Numbered from the stretch's first letter, positions 9,198-20,416 are shown. The stretch: DNA of 64,000 nucleotides from Chamaesiphon sp. (GCA_965246715.1 CBDFFH010000029.1:32001-96000), one strand, 5' to 3'. The notes: a model not told the origin generated them from the sequence alone. Made by a program: numbers and translations.

Positions 9198-10334
9198 ATG
9201 CACGATGATACTGTCAAACTATTAGCGTCGATCGAGTCCACCGTTCCAGGTTTGATATATAGAACTGAAGGTAATTACGCACTCAACCCATTAGTTTGGG
9301 ATGTAGGTACTCAAGGTGAATTTAGTATTAGTCGTTTACTTGAGTCTACAGGTAATCTCGTCCCGATCGAGTTAGATGATTTCTTGGGTTGGCAAGAGTA
9401 CTTAGAGGACTTTGAACATTGGCATGAATTTTTAGAACAGAATCCAGATTATTTAACTCAGGAAGAGCCAAGTAGCTATTGGATGTCTATCGCAGAACGT
9501 CCCTATTTCATCCAGTTTCAAGCAGAGGAGTATGAGGCATTTCTGTCTGAGTCAGTTGTCATGGCGCAACGATATCGTTCTTTACTTGATATTTTGAAAG
9601 CTTATACTACCTATTTGCAGGTTTATAGAGTCGTCAAATACGATGATACTATTCCATGTCGCGATGAAGCTGAAATTCGTGAATTTTATCTTGATAATGA
9701 TTTTAGTGATGATGAGATTGCTGAACATGAAGCTCAGATCGACGAGGCAAATCTTCAAACAGAAGACTATAGTAACGATCGCCGCTCATCAAAGTGCGTA
9801 TTTGAATCATTCAAAATTTTGGTAGGAAAAGTTAGTGACGATTGCTGGATTGGTATTAGTCCGATTCTAGTGAATGTCTCTCATTATTTGGAGTTTATGA
9901 ATCTTAGATCGCCAGAAAAGTTTGTCTCTCAGTGCATCTCTCGACAAGATACAGAGGCACTCAAATCTGAACTCGAACCAATTCTAGATACGCTGACGTT
10001 TATTCAGCGGAATTTTTATGACAGTTATGAAAAAGACAAAATGTACATTTGCGAGTTTGCTCGAACAAAAGAAGCTGCGATAAACATCCTGTTACATCGA
10101 TCGAGATTCCTCAAAACTGGGGAGTTTGATAGTTTTGGAACAAAAGGAGAAGGAGATGATGATTACGATCGAGAGGATAAATTTGATGAGATCGATCGAT
10201 TATTGAAATCCAACTTCAAAAACTTACGTATTCATGTTGCTGGAACAATGTCTATGTTTGACATTTACGCGATCGGTCAAGCTGAAAGTGGTGATTGGTT
10301 GGGTGCTTCTACAACTGCGATTTGGACGGGTTGA
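9198..10334 (+). CDS. Acidic protein with two nuclease A inhibitor (NuiA)-like repeats
   Basis: GLIYRTEGNYALNPLVW; LKAYTTYLQVYRV; C-terminus LKSNFKNLRIHVAG..FDIYAIGQAESGDWLGASTTAIWT resembles NuiA (recognised by eye). Confidence 0.6.
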   Translation: MHDDTVKLLASIESTVPGLIYRTEGNYALNPLVWDVGTQGEFSISRLLESTGNLVPIELDDFLGWQEYLEDFEHWHEFLEQNPDYLTQEEPSSYWMSIAERPYFIQFQAEEYEAFLSESVVMAQRYRSLLDILKAYTTYLQVYRVVKYDDTIPCRDEAEIREFYLDNDFSDDEIAEHEAQIDEANLQTEDYSNDRRSSKCVFESFKILVGKVSDDCWIGISPILVNVSHYLEFMNLRSPEKFVSQCISRQDTEALKSELEPILDTLTFIQRNFYDSYEKDKMYICEFARTKEAAINILLHRSRFLKTGEFDSFGTKGEGDDDYDREDKFDEIDRLLKSNFKNLRIHVAGTMSMFDIYAIGQAESGDWLGASTTAIWTG

Positions 10335-10418
10335 GAGATTTTCGAGAACTATCGATTGGATTAAGATCGGTAAAGTTTAGAGTCAAGCTAGAGTTGTCAC
10401 AGTATGGGGAAAGCCACC

Positions 10419-11123
10419 ATGTTTGAACGCTACACAGAAAAATCTATCAAAGTAATTATGCTAGCTCAGGAAGAATCCCGCCGCCTGGGTCACAATTTTG
10501 TGGGTACCGAACAACTTTTGCTGGGGACGATTGGCGAAGGTACGGGGATCGGTGCGAAAGTTTTACAGTCGATGGGTGTGACTCTCCAAACTGCCAGAAT
10601 CGAAGTCGAGCGAATTATCGGACGTGGTGAGGGTTTTGTCGCCGTTGAAGTACCTTTTACGCCCAGAGCGAAAAACGTTCTAAATGTTGCTCTAGAAGAA
10701 TCTCGTCAACTCGGACATAATTATATCGGTACGGAGCACCTGCTCCTCGGTCTGATTCGCGAAGGTGAAGGTGTCGCCACCAGAGTCCTCGAACGACTGG
10801 ATATAGATCTACCCGACGTTCGGAATCAAATAATTCGGATGCTAGGCGAAAGTGAAGCATCTCGTCGAGCACAGATCGAGGCTGAGTCAGATAATTGGGG
10901 CGTAGTCGAGCCATTAGAAGATGATGATTTTGGGATCGAGCGGCGGAGATCGCGCCGACGGTATCGACTAGAGAGTCAAGATCCGCTAGAAACATCAGAA
11001 ACTAAACTAATGCTTCGATCGATTCTCCATCGCACGATCGCGATCGAACGGAGTGTTAATGAAATAAAAGCAGAGATTGTAGCTCTAAGCGATCGGGTTG
11101 CCAGGATCGAAGGTAAGTTATAA
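10419..11123 (+). CDS. Stand-alone Clp N-terminal (repeat) domain protein with C-terminal coiled coil
   Basis: First ~145 aa closely parallel the N-terminus of the adjacent ClpC; no AAA+ module. Confidence 0.9.
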   Translation: MFERYTEKSIKVIMLAQEESRRLGHNFVGTEQLLLGTIGEGTGIGAKVLQSMGVTLQTARIEVERIIGRGEGFVAVEVPFTPRAKNVLNVALEESRQLGHNYIGTEHLLLGLIREGEGVATRVLERLDIDLPDVRNQIIRMLGESEASRRAQIEAESDNWGVVEPLEDDDFGIERRRSRRRYRLESQDPLETSETKLMLRSILHRTIAIERSVNEIKAEIVALSDRVARIEGKL

Positions 11124-11537
11124 CCGCATGTCAGTATTGATTTTGGGCTATTTGCTGTAGTTATAAATCTCCCCTTTGACGAGTGATTTTAGCTATCGAT
11201 CGATAGTTTGTCGGACGATCGCTATGATTGTAACTACCCCTTTGGAGAGATCTTTTCAACCTTTTGCAACCGTTATACTTCAAGTCGATTCGAGCTTTTA
11301 GAACGGCAATCTGTACCAGTAATTTGGCGGCAATTCTGTAAAGACTTTTGACAGAATCTTGCTTGGCGAAGGTTAGAGTCTGGCTATTAACACGATCGAT
11401 TGATGAATAGGGCAAAAATAAGTAACAATTCCCGATCCCCATTCTGCCAAAACGATCGTTATTACCGAACCTTATATCTAAAATTACTGTGTTAAGATTT
11501 AGTGAACAGGACAAGCAGCAGGGGATGGAAAACAGCC

Positions 11538-14042
11538 ATGTTTGAACGCTTTACAGAAAAAGCCATTAAAGTGATCATGCTGGCCCAGGAAGAAGCACGT
11601 CGCCTGGGTCACAATTTCGTCGGTACCGAGCAAATCCTTCTCGGATTGATTGGTGAGGGTACTGGCGTAGCGGCTAAGGTTTTGAAGTCGATGGGAGTCA
11701 ATCTCAAAGATGCCAGAATCGAGGTCGAGAAAATTATCGGACGTGGTTCGGGCTTCGTAGCCGTTGAAATCCCCTTCACCCCGAGAGCAAAACGCGTTCT
11801 AGAGTTATCACTAGAAGAAGCCCGCCAACTCGGACATAATTATATCGGTACGGAACACTTACTACTCGGACTGATCCGCGAAGGCGAAGGTGTCGCTGCC
11901 AGAGTACTCGAAAATCTCGGTGTGGACTTAACTAAAGTTCGGACTCAAGTGATTCGGATGCTGGGCGAAACTTCAGAATCCAGCACGGCTACTGCAGGTG
12001 GCGCAAGATCTGGCAGTAATAAGACTCCTACGCTGGATGAGTTTGGTTCCAATCTGACTCAAATGGCGCATGATGGCAAGTTAGATCCAGTTGTGGGTCG
12101 AGCTAAAGAAATCGAACGGGTCATCCAAATCCTCGGACGACGGACGAAAAATAATCCCGTCTTAATCGGCGAACCAGGTGTCGGTAAAACCGCGATCGCG
12201 GAAGGTTTGGCGCAACGCATTGCCAATCAGGACATCCCCGATATCCTCGAAGACAAGCGCGTCGTTACCCTTGACATCGGGTTACTCGTCGCTGGTACTA
12301 AATACCGTGGTGAATTCGAGGAACGCCTCAAAAAAATCATGGATGAAATCCGCCAAGCGGGTAATGTCATCCTCGTGATAGATGAAGTCCACACCTTAAT
12401 CGGTGCTGGTGCTGCTGAAGGCGCGATCGATGCTGCGAATATTCTCAAACCTGCGCTAGCACGGGGCGAACTCCAGTGTATCGGCGCGACGACGCTAGAT
12501 GAATACCGCAAACATATCGAGCGGGATGCAGCTCTAGAACGTCGCTTCCAACCAGTAATGGTCGGCGAACCCAGCGTTGAAGAAACCATCGAAATCTTAC
12601 ACGGTTTGCGGGAACGCTACGAACAGCACCACAAACTGAAGATCACCGATAACGCCCTCGTAGCTGCGGCGACCCTAGCAGATCGTTATATCTCCGATCG
12701 CTTCTTACCAGATAAAGCGATCGATCTGATGGATGAAGCTGGTTCGCGCGTCCGCTTACTCAATTCCCAACTTCCCGCCGCTGCGAAAGAATTGGATAAA
12801 GAATTGCGGAAAGTGCTTAAAGAGAAAGACGAAGCCGTCCGCTCTCAAGATTTCGATAAAGCCGGAACTCTCAAAGACCGCGAACTCGAAATCAAATCCG
12901 AAATCAAAGCGATCGCGCAAACCAAGAAAGCTAGCGATGAAACTAGCGATCGTGTGATGCCCGAAGTAACAGAAGAGGAAATCGCGCATATCGTCGCATC
13001 TTGGACTGGCGTACCCGTCAGCAAGCTGACCGAATCCGAATCCGTCAAACTGCTAAACATGGAAGAAACCCTCCATCAGCGGTTGATCGGTCAAGAAGAA
13101 GCTGTCAAAGCAGTTTCTCGCGCCATCCGTCGCGCTCGCGTCGGTTTGAAAAATCCCAACCGTCCGATCGCCAGTTTCATCTTCTCCGGCCCGACTGGAG
13201 TTGGTAAAACCGAATTGACTAAAGCTCTGGCAACTTACTTCTTCGGTTCCGAAGAAGCGATGATCCGCTTGGATATGTCCGAGTACATGGAACGCCACAC
13301 CGTATCGAAACTGATCGGTTCGCCGCCAGGCTACGTCGGCTACAGCGAAGGCGGTCAACTAACCGAAGCAGTTCGTCGGAAGCCTTACACCGTCGTCTTA
13401 TTCGATGAAATCGAGAAAGCGCACCCTGACATCTTTAATATGCTCTTGCAGATTTTAGAAGATGGTCGCCTCACCGATGCCAAAGGCCGCACGGTAGACT
13501 TCAAGAATACGATGATCATCTTGACCTCAAATATTGGGTCGAAGGTAATCGAGAAAGGTGGCGGTGGTTTGGGGTTCGAGTTCTCGGACAACAAAACCGA
13601 AGCAACTTATAACCGCATCCGCAGCTTGGTCAACGAAGAACTCAAAAACTACTTCCGTCCAGAGTTCCTCAACCGTCTCGATGAAATCATCGTCTTCCAA
13701 CAGCTCACCAAGCCGGAAATCTTGGAGATTGCCGACATTATGCTCAAGGATCTGTTCGGTCGTCTGACCGAGCGCGGCATCACGCTCGAAGTGACCGACC
13801 GCTTCAAAGATCGCTTGATCGATGAGGGCTACAATCCTGCCTACGGTGCTCGTCCATTACGTCGTGCGATTATGCGACTACTTGAAGACATCCTCGCTGA
13901 GGAAATGCTCTCTGGTCGCTTAAAAGATGGTGACACATCGATCGTCGATATGGGTGAAGATGGTAAAGCAATCTTGACTCCCAAACAACAAGATAAATTA
14001 CCCGTCGCCGCACCCGACTTACTAGCACCAGTCGGTGAATAG
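11538..14042 (+). CDS. clpC: ATP-dependent Clp protease ATP-binding subunit ClpC
   Basis: [19 protein letters not shown], two AAA+ modules ([16 protein letters not shown]), LGF ClpP-binding loop. Confidence 0.98.
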   Translation: MFERFTEKAIKVIMLAQEEARRLGHNFVGTEQILLGLIGEGTGVAAKVLKSMGVNLKDARIEVEKIIGRGSGFVAVEIPFTPRAKRVLELSLEEARQLGHNYIGTEHLLLGLIREGEGVAARVLENLGVDLTKVRTQVIRMLGETSESSTATAGGARSGSNKTPTLDEFGSNLTQMAHDGKLDPVVGRAKEIERVIQILGRRTKNNPVLIGEPGVGKTAIAEGLAQRIANQDIPDILEDKRVVTLDIGLLVAGTKYRGEFEERLKKIMDEIRQAGNVILVIDEVHTLIGAGAAEGAIDAANILKPALARGELQCIGATTLDEYRKHIERDAALERRFQPVMVGEPSVEETIEILHGLRERYEQHHKLKITDNALVAAATLADRYISDRFLPDKAIDLMDEAGSRVRLLNSQLPAAAKELDKELRKVLKEKDEAVRSQDFDKAGTLKDRELEIKSEIKAIAQTKKASDETSDRVMPEVTEEEIAHIVASWTGVPVSKLTESESVKLLNMEETLHQRLIGQEEAVKAVSRAIRRARVGLKNPNRPIASFIFSGPTGVGKTELTKALATYFFGSEEAMIRLDMSEYMERHTVSKLIGSPPGYVGYSEGGQLTEAVRRKPYTVVLFDEIEKAHPDIFNMLLQILEDGRLTDAKGRTVDFKNTMIILTSNIGSKVIEKGGGGLGFEFSDNKTEATYNRIRSLVNEELKNYFRPEFLNRLDEIIVFQQLTKPEILEIADIMLKDLFGRLTERGITLEVTDRFKDRLIDEGYNPAYGARPLRRAIMRLLEDILAEEMLSGRLKDGDTSIVDMGEDGKAILTPKQQDKLPVAAPDLLAPVGE

Positions 14043-14061
14043 TAAGTTAGAGCGGTAGATA

Positions 14062-14093
14062 AAAAAAGGCGTACTATTCAGTACGCCTTTTTT
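14062..14093 (+). terminator. Intrinsic terminator after clpC
   Basis: AAAAAAGGCGTACT-ATTC-AGTACGCCTTTTTT. Confidence 0.85.
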
Positions 14094-14166
14094 AGTAGCG
14101 ATCGATACTGGTTCGTCTCTGGGTATATGCCGATAGCTAGCGAAGAGGTTTCAGACAAATACTTTA

Positions 14167-14292
14167 GGCGTTGCTGAATTGCAGTATGCTGAAATCGCCC
14201 TCACAATTTAGGGTAGGGGCAATTCATGAATTGCCCCTACCCTAAATCTAAGATTGCCATGATGGTAAATCATCCCTACCTTCAGCAACGCC
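14167..14292. mobile_element. 126-bp MITE with the same termini as the IS1-family element
   Basis: Ends GGCGTTGCTGAA / TTCAGCAACGCC; perfect 8-bp duplication ATACTTTA; 42-bp perfect palindrome at 14206-14247. Confidence 0.9.
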
Positions 14293-14315
14293 ATACTTTA
14301 TATATAAAAATAATT

Positions 14316-14726
14316 ATGACTGAATTCTCGGCTGGATGGCTAAAAGGTGTCGATGAGTTCAATCGTCAAGATTATTATGCCTGTCACGATACGCTCGAAG
14401 CATTGTGGATGGATGCAGCAATTTCAGACAAAAATTTTTATCAAGGTGTATTGCAAATTGCGGTCGGTTGCTATCATCTCCACAACCACAATTTGAAAGG
14501 CGCAATTATTTTACTCGGCGAAGGTGTCGGTCGGTTGTCTTACTACCAACCAGTTTATGAGGGGATAGATGTCAGTAGTGCGATCCGAGATAGTCACAAT
14601 CTGCTGCAAACTCTACAATCGATCGATCCCGACAAAGTAATCGATTTTGTTGCCAGCTTACAAACAGATCGCAAGCTTTTACCAATTATTCACTGGGTGC
14701 AGCAATCTCCCCAGCAAATTACTTAA
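14316..14726 (+). CDS. DUF309 family protein
   Basis: FN..YYACHDTLEALW, FYQGVLQIAVGCYH; the ORF-track start (14226) lies inside the MITE. Confidence 0.85.
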   Translation: MTEFSAGWLKGVDEFNRQDYYACHDTLEALWMDAAISDKNFYQGVLQIAVGCYHLHNHNLKGAIILLGEGVGRLSYYQPVYEGIDVSSAIRDSHNLLQTLQSIDPDKVIDFVASLQTDRKLLPIIHWVQQSPQQIT

Positions 14727-14753
14727 ATAATAGCCGTAAGTTAATTCTAGCGA

Positions 14754-15005
14754 CTAAGAATTATGCTCGGTTTTACTATCGATTGCTTCGCTAGATTCGA
14801 GCTTGCTCGGAGTTTTAACTGCTGTTTCGATCGCGTCTACTTCTTTCTTAAATTCTGACTGAAAATCATTCGAGGCTTCTTGGAAACCCTTAATTGCCTT
14901 GCCCAGACTCTTGCCAATTTCTGGTAATTTCTTAGGGCCAAATACTAATAATACGACCACTGCGATCGCGATCGTTTCTGGTAAACCGATGCCAAAAAAA
15001 TTCAC
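14754..15005 (-). CDS. tatA: Twin-arginine translocase subunit TatA/E
   Basis: GTG start, MNFFGIGLPE...LLVFGPKKLPEIGKSLGK; downstream of psbH. Confidence 0.92.
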   Translation of the reverse strand: MNFFGIGLPETIAIAVVVLLVFGPKKLPEIGKSLGKAIKGFQEASNDFQSEFKKEVDAIETAVKTPSKLESSEAIDSKTEHNS

Positions 15006-15185
15006 TATCTTGTTCCTCTCAATTATGCTGACAGTATTCGCGTCAGACTCCAACAATTCGCTTTGCTCAGACGATAGCCAGCGATCTGGAATGGGGTAGA
15101 ACTGGTTTCCTGCGCGTAGCACCAAAAGAAACTTTAGCACGATCGCCACAATTTTCCCTGCCCCAATGTCCAGTCACAAGCGAAT

Positions 15186-15389
15186 CTATTGTCCGCCGCC
15201 ACTCCAGTCCACAGAAAAACTATCGAGAACGAGAGAGTTATTGTAGATTTGGAGAATGATCAGTAAAAAGACCGCAAATAATAGCATAAATACGCCCATG
15301 ACAGGGGTCGTACCCCAGCCAGGGACGACCTTACCATATTCAGCATTGAGGGGTCTGAGAATATCTCCTAATTTAGTGCGCTGTGCCAT
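15186..15389 (-). CDS. psbH: Photosystem II protein PsbH
   Basis: [31 protein letters not shown]. Confidence 0.97.
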   Translation of the reverse strand: MAQRTKLGDILRPLNAEYGKVVPGWGTTPVMGVFMLLFAVFLLIILQIYNNSLVLDSFSVDWSGGGQ

Positions 15390-15609
15390 GCTTCACCGAT
15401 GATGTTATGTGAATAGTAATATCTGGGATGGAAATATTCCACACCCTCAGTCTACCAAAGAAAATTCTAGTTTTAGCCAACCGATCCCAAGAGAATTTCC
15501 CAGGGGGATCCTCAGACACCGATTAGCGCTACAAAATGAGAATTTTGGTAAATTTTTGTAAAACTTAGTAATATTATAAGAGAAGCAATACACCAAAATT
15601 AGAATAATC

Positions 15610-15741
15610 ATGGATTCTGCAACAGTTCTTAGTGTTACCTTGGCTGCGCTGGTAATTCTCACTACCGCCTACGGTTTATATATGTCATTTGGCTCCGCAT
15701 CCAAGCAATTGGCCGATCCTTTTGACGACCATGAAGATTAA
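15610..15741 (+). CDS. psbN: Photosystem II assembly protein PsbN (43 aa; below ORF-track cutoff)
   Basis: MDSATVLSVTLAALVILTTAYGLYMSFGSASKQLADPFDDHED; divergent from psbH. Confidence 0.95.
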   Translation: MDSATVLSVTLAALVILTTAYGLYMSFGSASKQLADPFDDHED

Positions 15742-15873
15742 TACCTCACCGCTTACGAGCTAGACTTTGATTTGGCTCTACAGCAGCCGATTGGGAAGAA
15801 TAATCTCCTCACGCGGCACCCTGACGAACTAGTAGGGGTAAGCACGCGGATTACCCCAGTTGGCTCAGCCAAT

Positions 15874-16755
15874 TTATACTACTACAGCAGTTTTCAACAG
15901 CGGAAAGCCCAATTCTTCGCGTTGAGCCAGATAGAGCTGCGCTACTTGTCTGGCTAAACCACGCACCTTAGTGATATAGCGCGTCCGTTCGGTGACCGAA
16001 ATTACGCCGCGCGCATCCAACATATTAAAAGTGTGCGAGCACTTGAGTACATAGTCCAAACTCGGCATCACCAATTTTCTGGCAATGAGTTGTTCGGCTT
16101 CTTGTTGATAGAGATCGAATAGAGTAAACAATAATTCGGGATTGGATGCCTCAAAGTTATAGGTGGACTGCTCGATTTCTGACTGAAGATAGATATCCGC
16201 ATAGGTGATACTATCGTTCCACTGAATCTTCGCGATCGAGTCTACACCCTGAAGATACATACACAACCGTTCCAAGCCATAGGTAATCTCGATCGATACC
16301 GGACGACAATCGATCCCCCCACATTGCTGGAAGTAAGTAAACTGAGTAACTTCCATCCCATCGAGCCAGACTTCCCAGCCGACACCCCACGCACCCATCG
16401 CTGCGTCTTCCCAGTTATCCTCCACAAACCGAATATCATGGTCTTCTGGCTTAATTCCCAGCGAACGGAGCGAGTCGAGATACACGTCCTGAATGTTGTC
16501 TGGGGAAGGCTTGATTAAGACCTGATATTGATAATAATGTTGATAGCGGTTGGGATTTTGACCGTAGCGACCGTCCCCAGGTCGACGACAGGGTTCGATA
16601 TAGGCCACCGACCAGGGTTCTGGGCCGATCGATCGCAAGAAGGTATGATGGCTCTTGGTCGCAGCACCCTTTTCGGTATCGTATGGTTGCGCGATGATAC
16701 AGCCTTGTGCGCTCCAAAACTCGTTTAGAGTAGCAACGACGGATTGAAAATTCAT
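15874..16755 (-). CDS. glyQ: Glycine-tRNA ligase alpha subunit
   Basis: [40 protein letters not shown]. Confidence 0.97.
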   Translation of the reverse strand: MNFQSVVATLNEFWSAQGCIIAQPYDTEKGAATKSHHTFLRSIGPEPWSVAYIEPCRRPGDGRYGQNPNRYQHYYQYQVLIKPSPDNIQDVYLDSLRSLGIKPEDHDIRFVEDNWEDAAMGAWGVGWEVWLDGMEVTQFTYFQQCGGIDCRPVSIEITYGLERLCMYLQGVDSIAKIQWNDSITYADIYLQSEIEQSTYNFEASNPELLFTLFDLYQQEAEQLIARKLVMPSLDYVLKCSHTFNMLDARGVISVTERTRYITKVRGLARQVAQLYLAQREELGFPLLKTAVVV

Positions 16756-16989
16756 CTAAGGATTAAATATAGTATTGATATTGTGTCACTCGAACCATCC
16801 ATGAAGCAACAGGTTTTGGAGTAGTGGTGTAATAAAAAAGATTTTACATAGGGGCACCCTGCTCGACTAAGTACCATTCGTCCGTTCTAAAACTTCGCCG
16901 AAAACCCGTAGATACTCACAATCGATGCGCGCTCGTCAGGTTCCGACAAGATTTATGCAATTTCGCAACCAAATCAACTCTAAAAAATC

Positions 16990-17017
16990 AAAAGCCCACA
17001 TAATTATGTGGGCTTTT
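16990..17017. terminator. Intrinsic terminator (perfect 28-bp palindrome)
   Basis: AAAAGCCCACATAATTATGTGGGCTTTT downstream of the DUF1232 gene. Confidence 0.8.
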
Positions 17018-17049
17018 ACTTGATTTATAATACGAGCTGCATTCGATCG

Positions 17050-17340
17050 TTATTGAATTGGTTGAACATCAATAACTGTGTCGGTTGCATCCGGAGTAAA
17101 TTTGGTAGATCTCTTACTTTTAGATTGAAGTTTGGTTTTAGCAACTTGTGCGACTTCAGCAACCAATAAAGAAATAATCAAACTATCATCAAGCAATCCC
17201 ACAAAAGGTATAAAATCAGGAGCTAAATCGATCGGGCTAACTAGATAAGCAAGCGAAGCAGCTACAACCCACCACCGATATTTAGGATTTTGCAAGAGAC
17301 CACGATACCAGTTGAGTAGGGATTGGATGTTGAAGTTCAT
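17050..17340 (-). CDS. YkvA/DUF1232 family membrane protein
   Basis: YLVSPIDLAPDFIPFVGLLDD motif. Confidence 0.9.
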   Translation of the reverse strand: MNFNIQSLLNWYRGLLQNPKYRWWVVAASLAYLVSPIDLAPDFIPFVGLLDDSLIISLLVAEVAQVAKTKLQSKSKRSTKFTPDATDTVIDVQPIQ

Positions 17341-17490
17341 CGGGTGATTCCTGGGTTGGTTTTGTCGATATCTCTATCATCGCAAATTCCTGAAGATTGT
17401 ACAGATACGGTAAACCCACTAACTATTATGGTTGTTACTACTGAAGGTGGGAATTTTGGATTGATGTTTAGACCCACACATAACCGTCTA

Positions 17491-18645
17491 TTAAAACATG
17501 TCTGCTGGATCGGCAGCCCGCAGCTTTCTGACGGCAATAGCACCTGAGATCGTACACATAATCATAGTCAAAAGTAACACGGTAACGCCACGAGCAACGG
17601 TCATTAATAGTGGCAGATTGGTCGCATTGCGCGTCATGGCATAAAGACCGACAGCAGCTAACATTCCCGGAAAGAAGCCGACGATCGATAGAATTAAAGC
17701 TTCTTGAAAAACGACAGTTAATAGATAAAAATCTGTGTAACCCATCGCTTTGAGCGTGGCATATTCAGATAAATGATCGGCAACATCGGTATAGAGAATC
17801 TGATAAACGATCACGATCCCGACGATAAATCCCATCACCGTCCCGAGCGTAAAGATAAACCCGATCGAGGTACCAGTTTGCCAGTAACTTTTTTCGAAGT
17901 CAATAAATTCTTCTTTAGAAAATATTTTGACATCTTTCGGGTAATATGCCTGCATTGCGGAGATCGTGGCTTTGACATCAGTACCGGGTTTGAGCTTAAC
18001 GACACCAACGTCGATCAGTCCGGTATCGCGTTTGAATAGCCGCACAAAATTGGTATCGCTGGTCATGATATTACCATCTGCACCGAAAGACGCACCGAGC
18101 GAAAATAGACCACCAATATCGATTTTACGTCCCCCTACTTCGGTGCGAACTCGTTGACCAGATGCAAATAATTTACCGATCGGGCCGAATTGGGTGCGAG
18201 ATTTGTCATCAAACAAAAAAGTATCTGGCAATTGCATCTTGTCAAGATTTTCGGCTACTCCTGGTAATTGGAATAATTGCTTATCGGCTGGGTTGAAACC
18301 AATTACCATGATTTGGCGAGTATTTTTTTCGACTGGATTTTTCCAGATTTCAAACCCTAGATAAATCGGAGTGACTGACTCTACGCCATTAAATGCTAGA
18401 GCTTGATAGAGTCGTCGTCGAGGGAATGATTTCATTGAAATCAACGCGGTAGATTGGGGGCCGATTAAGAAGACATCGCCGTTGACATTAGTATGGAATT
18501 TGACGGCGCTATCGAATAGGGCATCCCGAAAGCCCAACTGCATAAACATCAAGATATCGGCAAAGCTAATCCCCGCGATCGCTACCAGCAGTCGAATCTT
18601 TTCATGACTGAGTTGTAACCAAGCTAGGGGAATCTTTTTGAACAT
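17491..18645 (-). CDS. devC: DevC-family ABC exporter permease
   Basis: IPLAWLQL..EK.RLLVAIAGISFADILMFMQLGF; EYATLKAMGY; ends ADPADMF. Confidence 0.92.
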   Translation of the reverse strand: MFKKIPLAWLQLSHEKIRLLVAIAGISFADILMFMQLGFRDALFDSAVKFHTNVNGDVFLIGPQSTALISMKSFPRRRLYQALAFNGVESVTPIYLGFEIWKNPVEKNTRQIMVIGFNPADKQLFQLPGVAENLDKMQLPDTFLFDDKSRTQFGPIGKLFASGQRVRTEVGGRKIDIGGLFSLGASFGADGNIMTSDTNFVRLFKRDTGLIDVGVVKLKPGTDVKATISAMQAYYPKDVKIFSKEEFIDFEKSYWQTGTSIGFIFTLGTVMGFIVGIVIVYQILYTDVADHLSEYATLKAMGYTDFYLLTVVFQEALILSIVGFFPGMLAAVGLYAMTRNATNLPLLMTVARGVTVLLLTMIMCTISGAIAVRKLRAADPADMF

Positions 18646-18678
18646 TTTAGTTATTATTTATCATTCATTAACTGGTTA

Positions 18679-18770
18679 TATAGCAGTTCTCATCCTAGTG
18701 AAGGGCATTATTAGGGATTTTAGTGACTCGTGGCTAATGAATGTACCTCATTCGATTTGGAACCGTTATA
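18679..18770. mobile_element. Degenerate small MITE-like inverted repeat between devB and devC
   Basis: TATAGCAGTTC ... GAACCGTTATA imperfect ends; single copy in window. Confidence 0.4.
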
Positions 18771-18791
18771 TTAAAGAATCGGGTGAGTGCT

Positions 18792-20234
18792 TTACTGAGT
18801 AGTAATCTTGACTGCAACTTTAGAATTGGTCAGACTTTTGATAATTTGGCTGTCAGTGGGATCGATCGCGATTTTGACTTCGACAGTCCGAGAATCGGTA
18901 TCCGCTGCTGGGTCGGTGCTGAGAACATCTTTCTTGCCGATTTGAAGACCGATCGAGCTGACAGTACCGCGTACTTTTTGGCCGAACGCCCCAGACTCGC
19001 TGGAAACGATCGCAGTTTGACCGACACGAACTTTCGCAATATCGCTCTCATAAATCTCAGCAACAGCAACCATTTGACTGGTTTGTCCCATTTCGACGAT
19101 CCCCGTACCATTCGCGGGGACTTCCCCCGCCCGCGTGCGGATTTTGAGGATCTCGCCAGCAACAGGAGCGCGGACATATGCTTGGGCTAATTCGGCTTGA
19201 GCCTGACGAGTGGCAGCTTGGGCGCGAGCGAGTTCGGCGCGGGCACCTTGGACATCGACCGTGCGTACTTCCGAAATCTTACTGAGGGTGGCTTTAGCTG
19301 CGGCGATTTGTTGGGCGGTGGTTGCGAGGGTTTTATCGTAGTTGGCTTTGGCTTCGGCGAGCTGTTGGACGGTGGTGGTTTCGAGGTTATTTTTCGTCGC
19401 CTGATTTTCGATAATCTGCTGATTGAGCGTAGCGATCGTTTGGTTGTATTTCGACTTAGCTTCAGCTAACTGTTGGCGGGCGGTTTCGACTTCTAAGCGT
19501 TTGGCATCGACTTTGGTAGCTTCGATCGCACTCTCAGCCGCCAGCTGTTGGTAGCGTTTGTAGTCTACTTCGGCATTCCGCAGTTGTGACTCGATCCGGC
19601 TGACTGTCGCAGCTTGAGTCGGTTTTTCGCCCGAAAGTTGAGCTTGAAGGGCTTGGATCTTCCCAGATTGGGCGGCAGGCTGCCATTTGAGTTGGGCGGT
19701 CAATCTAGCTTTGGTCGCGACATAAGTTGCTCCCTCCCCTCTAAGTTGGCTTTCGAGGCGGGAAATTTCAGCTTTTTGGGCGGCAATTTCGCCCTGCTTG
19801 GCTCCAGCTTTAATTTTGTCAAGATTGGCAGCCGCGACTTTGACATCTTCTTGCGCTTTGCTGACCCCTGCTTCTAGCCGTTGCCGATTATCGAGAATGG
19901 CGATCGGCTGTCCAGCTTTGACTTGCGCACCTTCTTTGACTAAGATCCGCTCGATCGTCGATGAACCCATCTGCGAGCTGGGGGCAGATACTTTGATGAC
20001 TTCGCCTAGCGGTTCCAATCGTCCCAGTGCCGTAACTGCCTTCGTATTTTCGGCTTTGGGTGTAACAGATTTGTTCTGCTCGGCTGCTGCTGGTAACTTT
20101 TGGGCAAATATACCCGAAAAATGCAATCCTGCGGGTAGGAGCAGAATTGCCACAGCTGAAGCACTAATTAGAATCCACTTGCCGGAAGGTGGGAGCTGCT
20201 TAACTCGATCGGCCACAAAATTATCTTCTGTCAT
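18792..20234 (-). CDS. devB: DevB/HlyD-family membrane fusion protein
   Basis: VTALGRLEP, long coiled coil, VAEIYESDI.KV..GQ. Confidence 0.9.
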   Translation of the reverse strand: MTEDNFVADRVKQLPPSGKWILISASAVAILLLPAGLHFSGIFAQKLPAAAEQNKSVTPKAENTKAVTALGRLEPLGEVIKVSAPSSQMGSSTIERILVKEGAQVKAGQPIAILDNRQRLEAGVSKAQEDVKVAAANLDKIKAGAKQGEIAAQKAEISRLESQLRGEGATYVATKARLTAQLKWQPAAQSGKIQALQAQLSGEKPTQAATVSRIESQLRNAEVDYKRYQQLAAESAIEATKVDAKRLEVETARQQLAEAKSKYNQTIATLNQQIIENQATKNNLETTTVQQLAEAKANYDKTLATTAQQIAAAKATLSKISEVRTVDVQGARAELARAQAATRQAQAELAQAYVRAPVAGEILKIRTRAGEVPANGTGIVEMGQTSQMVAVAEIYESDIAKVRVGQTAIVSSESGAFGQKVRGTVSSIGLQIGKKDVLSTDPAADTDSRTVEVKIAIDPTDSQIIKSLTNSKVAVKITTQ

Positions 20235-20271
20235 TTTTTTGCGTTCTCGCTACTTGCCAGGGGAATATATT

Positions 20272-20388
20272 TACCTACCCGTTGGTTAGTTTAGCCTAAA
20301 AATAAATTATATGTCAATTAAGTTACAATCCCTGAGGGCCATGCCATAATAGACTTAGAGATCGTAATATATACTTACCGTTTAGTTA
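20272..20388. promoter_or_regulatory. Two candidate TetR operators
   Basis: TACCTACCCGTTGGTTA (20272-20288) and TACTTACCGTTTAGTTA (20372-20388), 13/17 identical, in the devB/tetR divergent gap. Confidence 0.5.
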
Positions 20389-20416
20389 AATAAATTCTTG
20401 CCTCTCACTATATATA

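Noticed and set aside
11161..11514. 117-aa minus-strand ORF and other short or antisense ORFs in the track (e.g. 8967-9203, 37316-37510, 46225-46479, 49258-49452)
   Set aside because: They overlap promoters, repeats or real genes on the opposite strand and show no recognisable motifs.
14226..14315. N-terminal extension of the DUF309 ORF
   Set aside because: The ATG lies at the centre of the MITE palindrome.
15006..15149. Long N-terminus on TatA
   Set aside because: TatA homology starts at GTG 15005.
15815..16872. GGCACCCTG direct repeats flanking glyQ, or a structured RNA leader of glyQ
   Set aside because: Only about 9 bp identical; no T-box or riboswitch consensus recognised. An Rfam scan would settle it.
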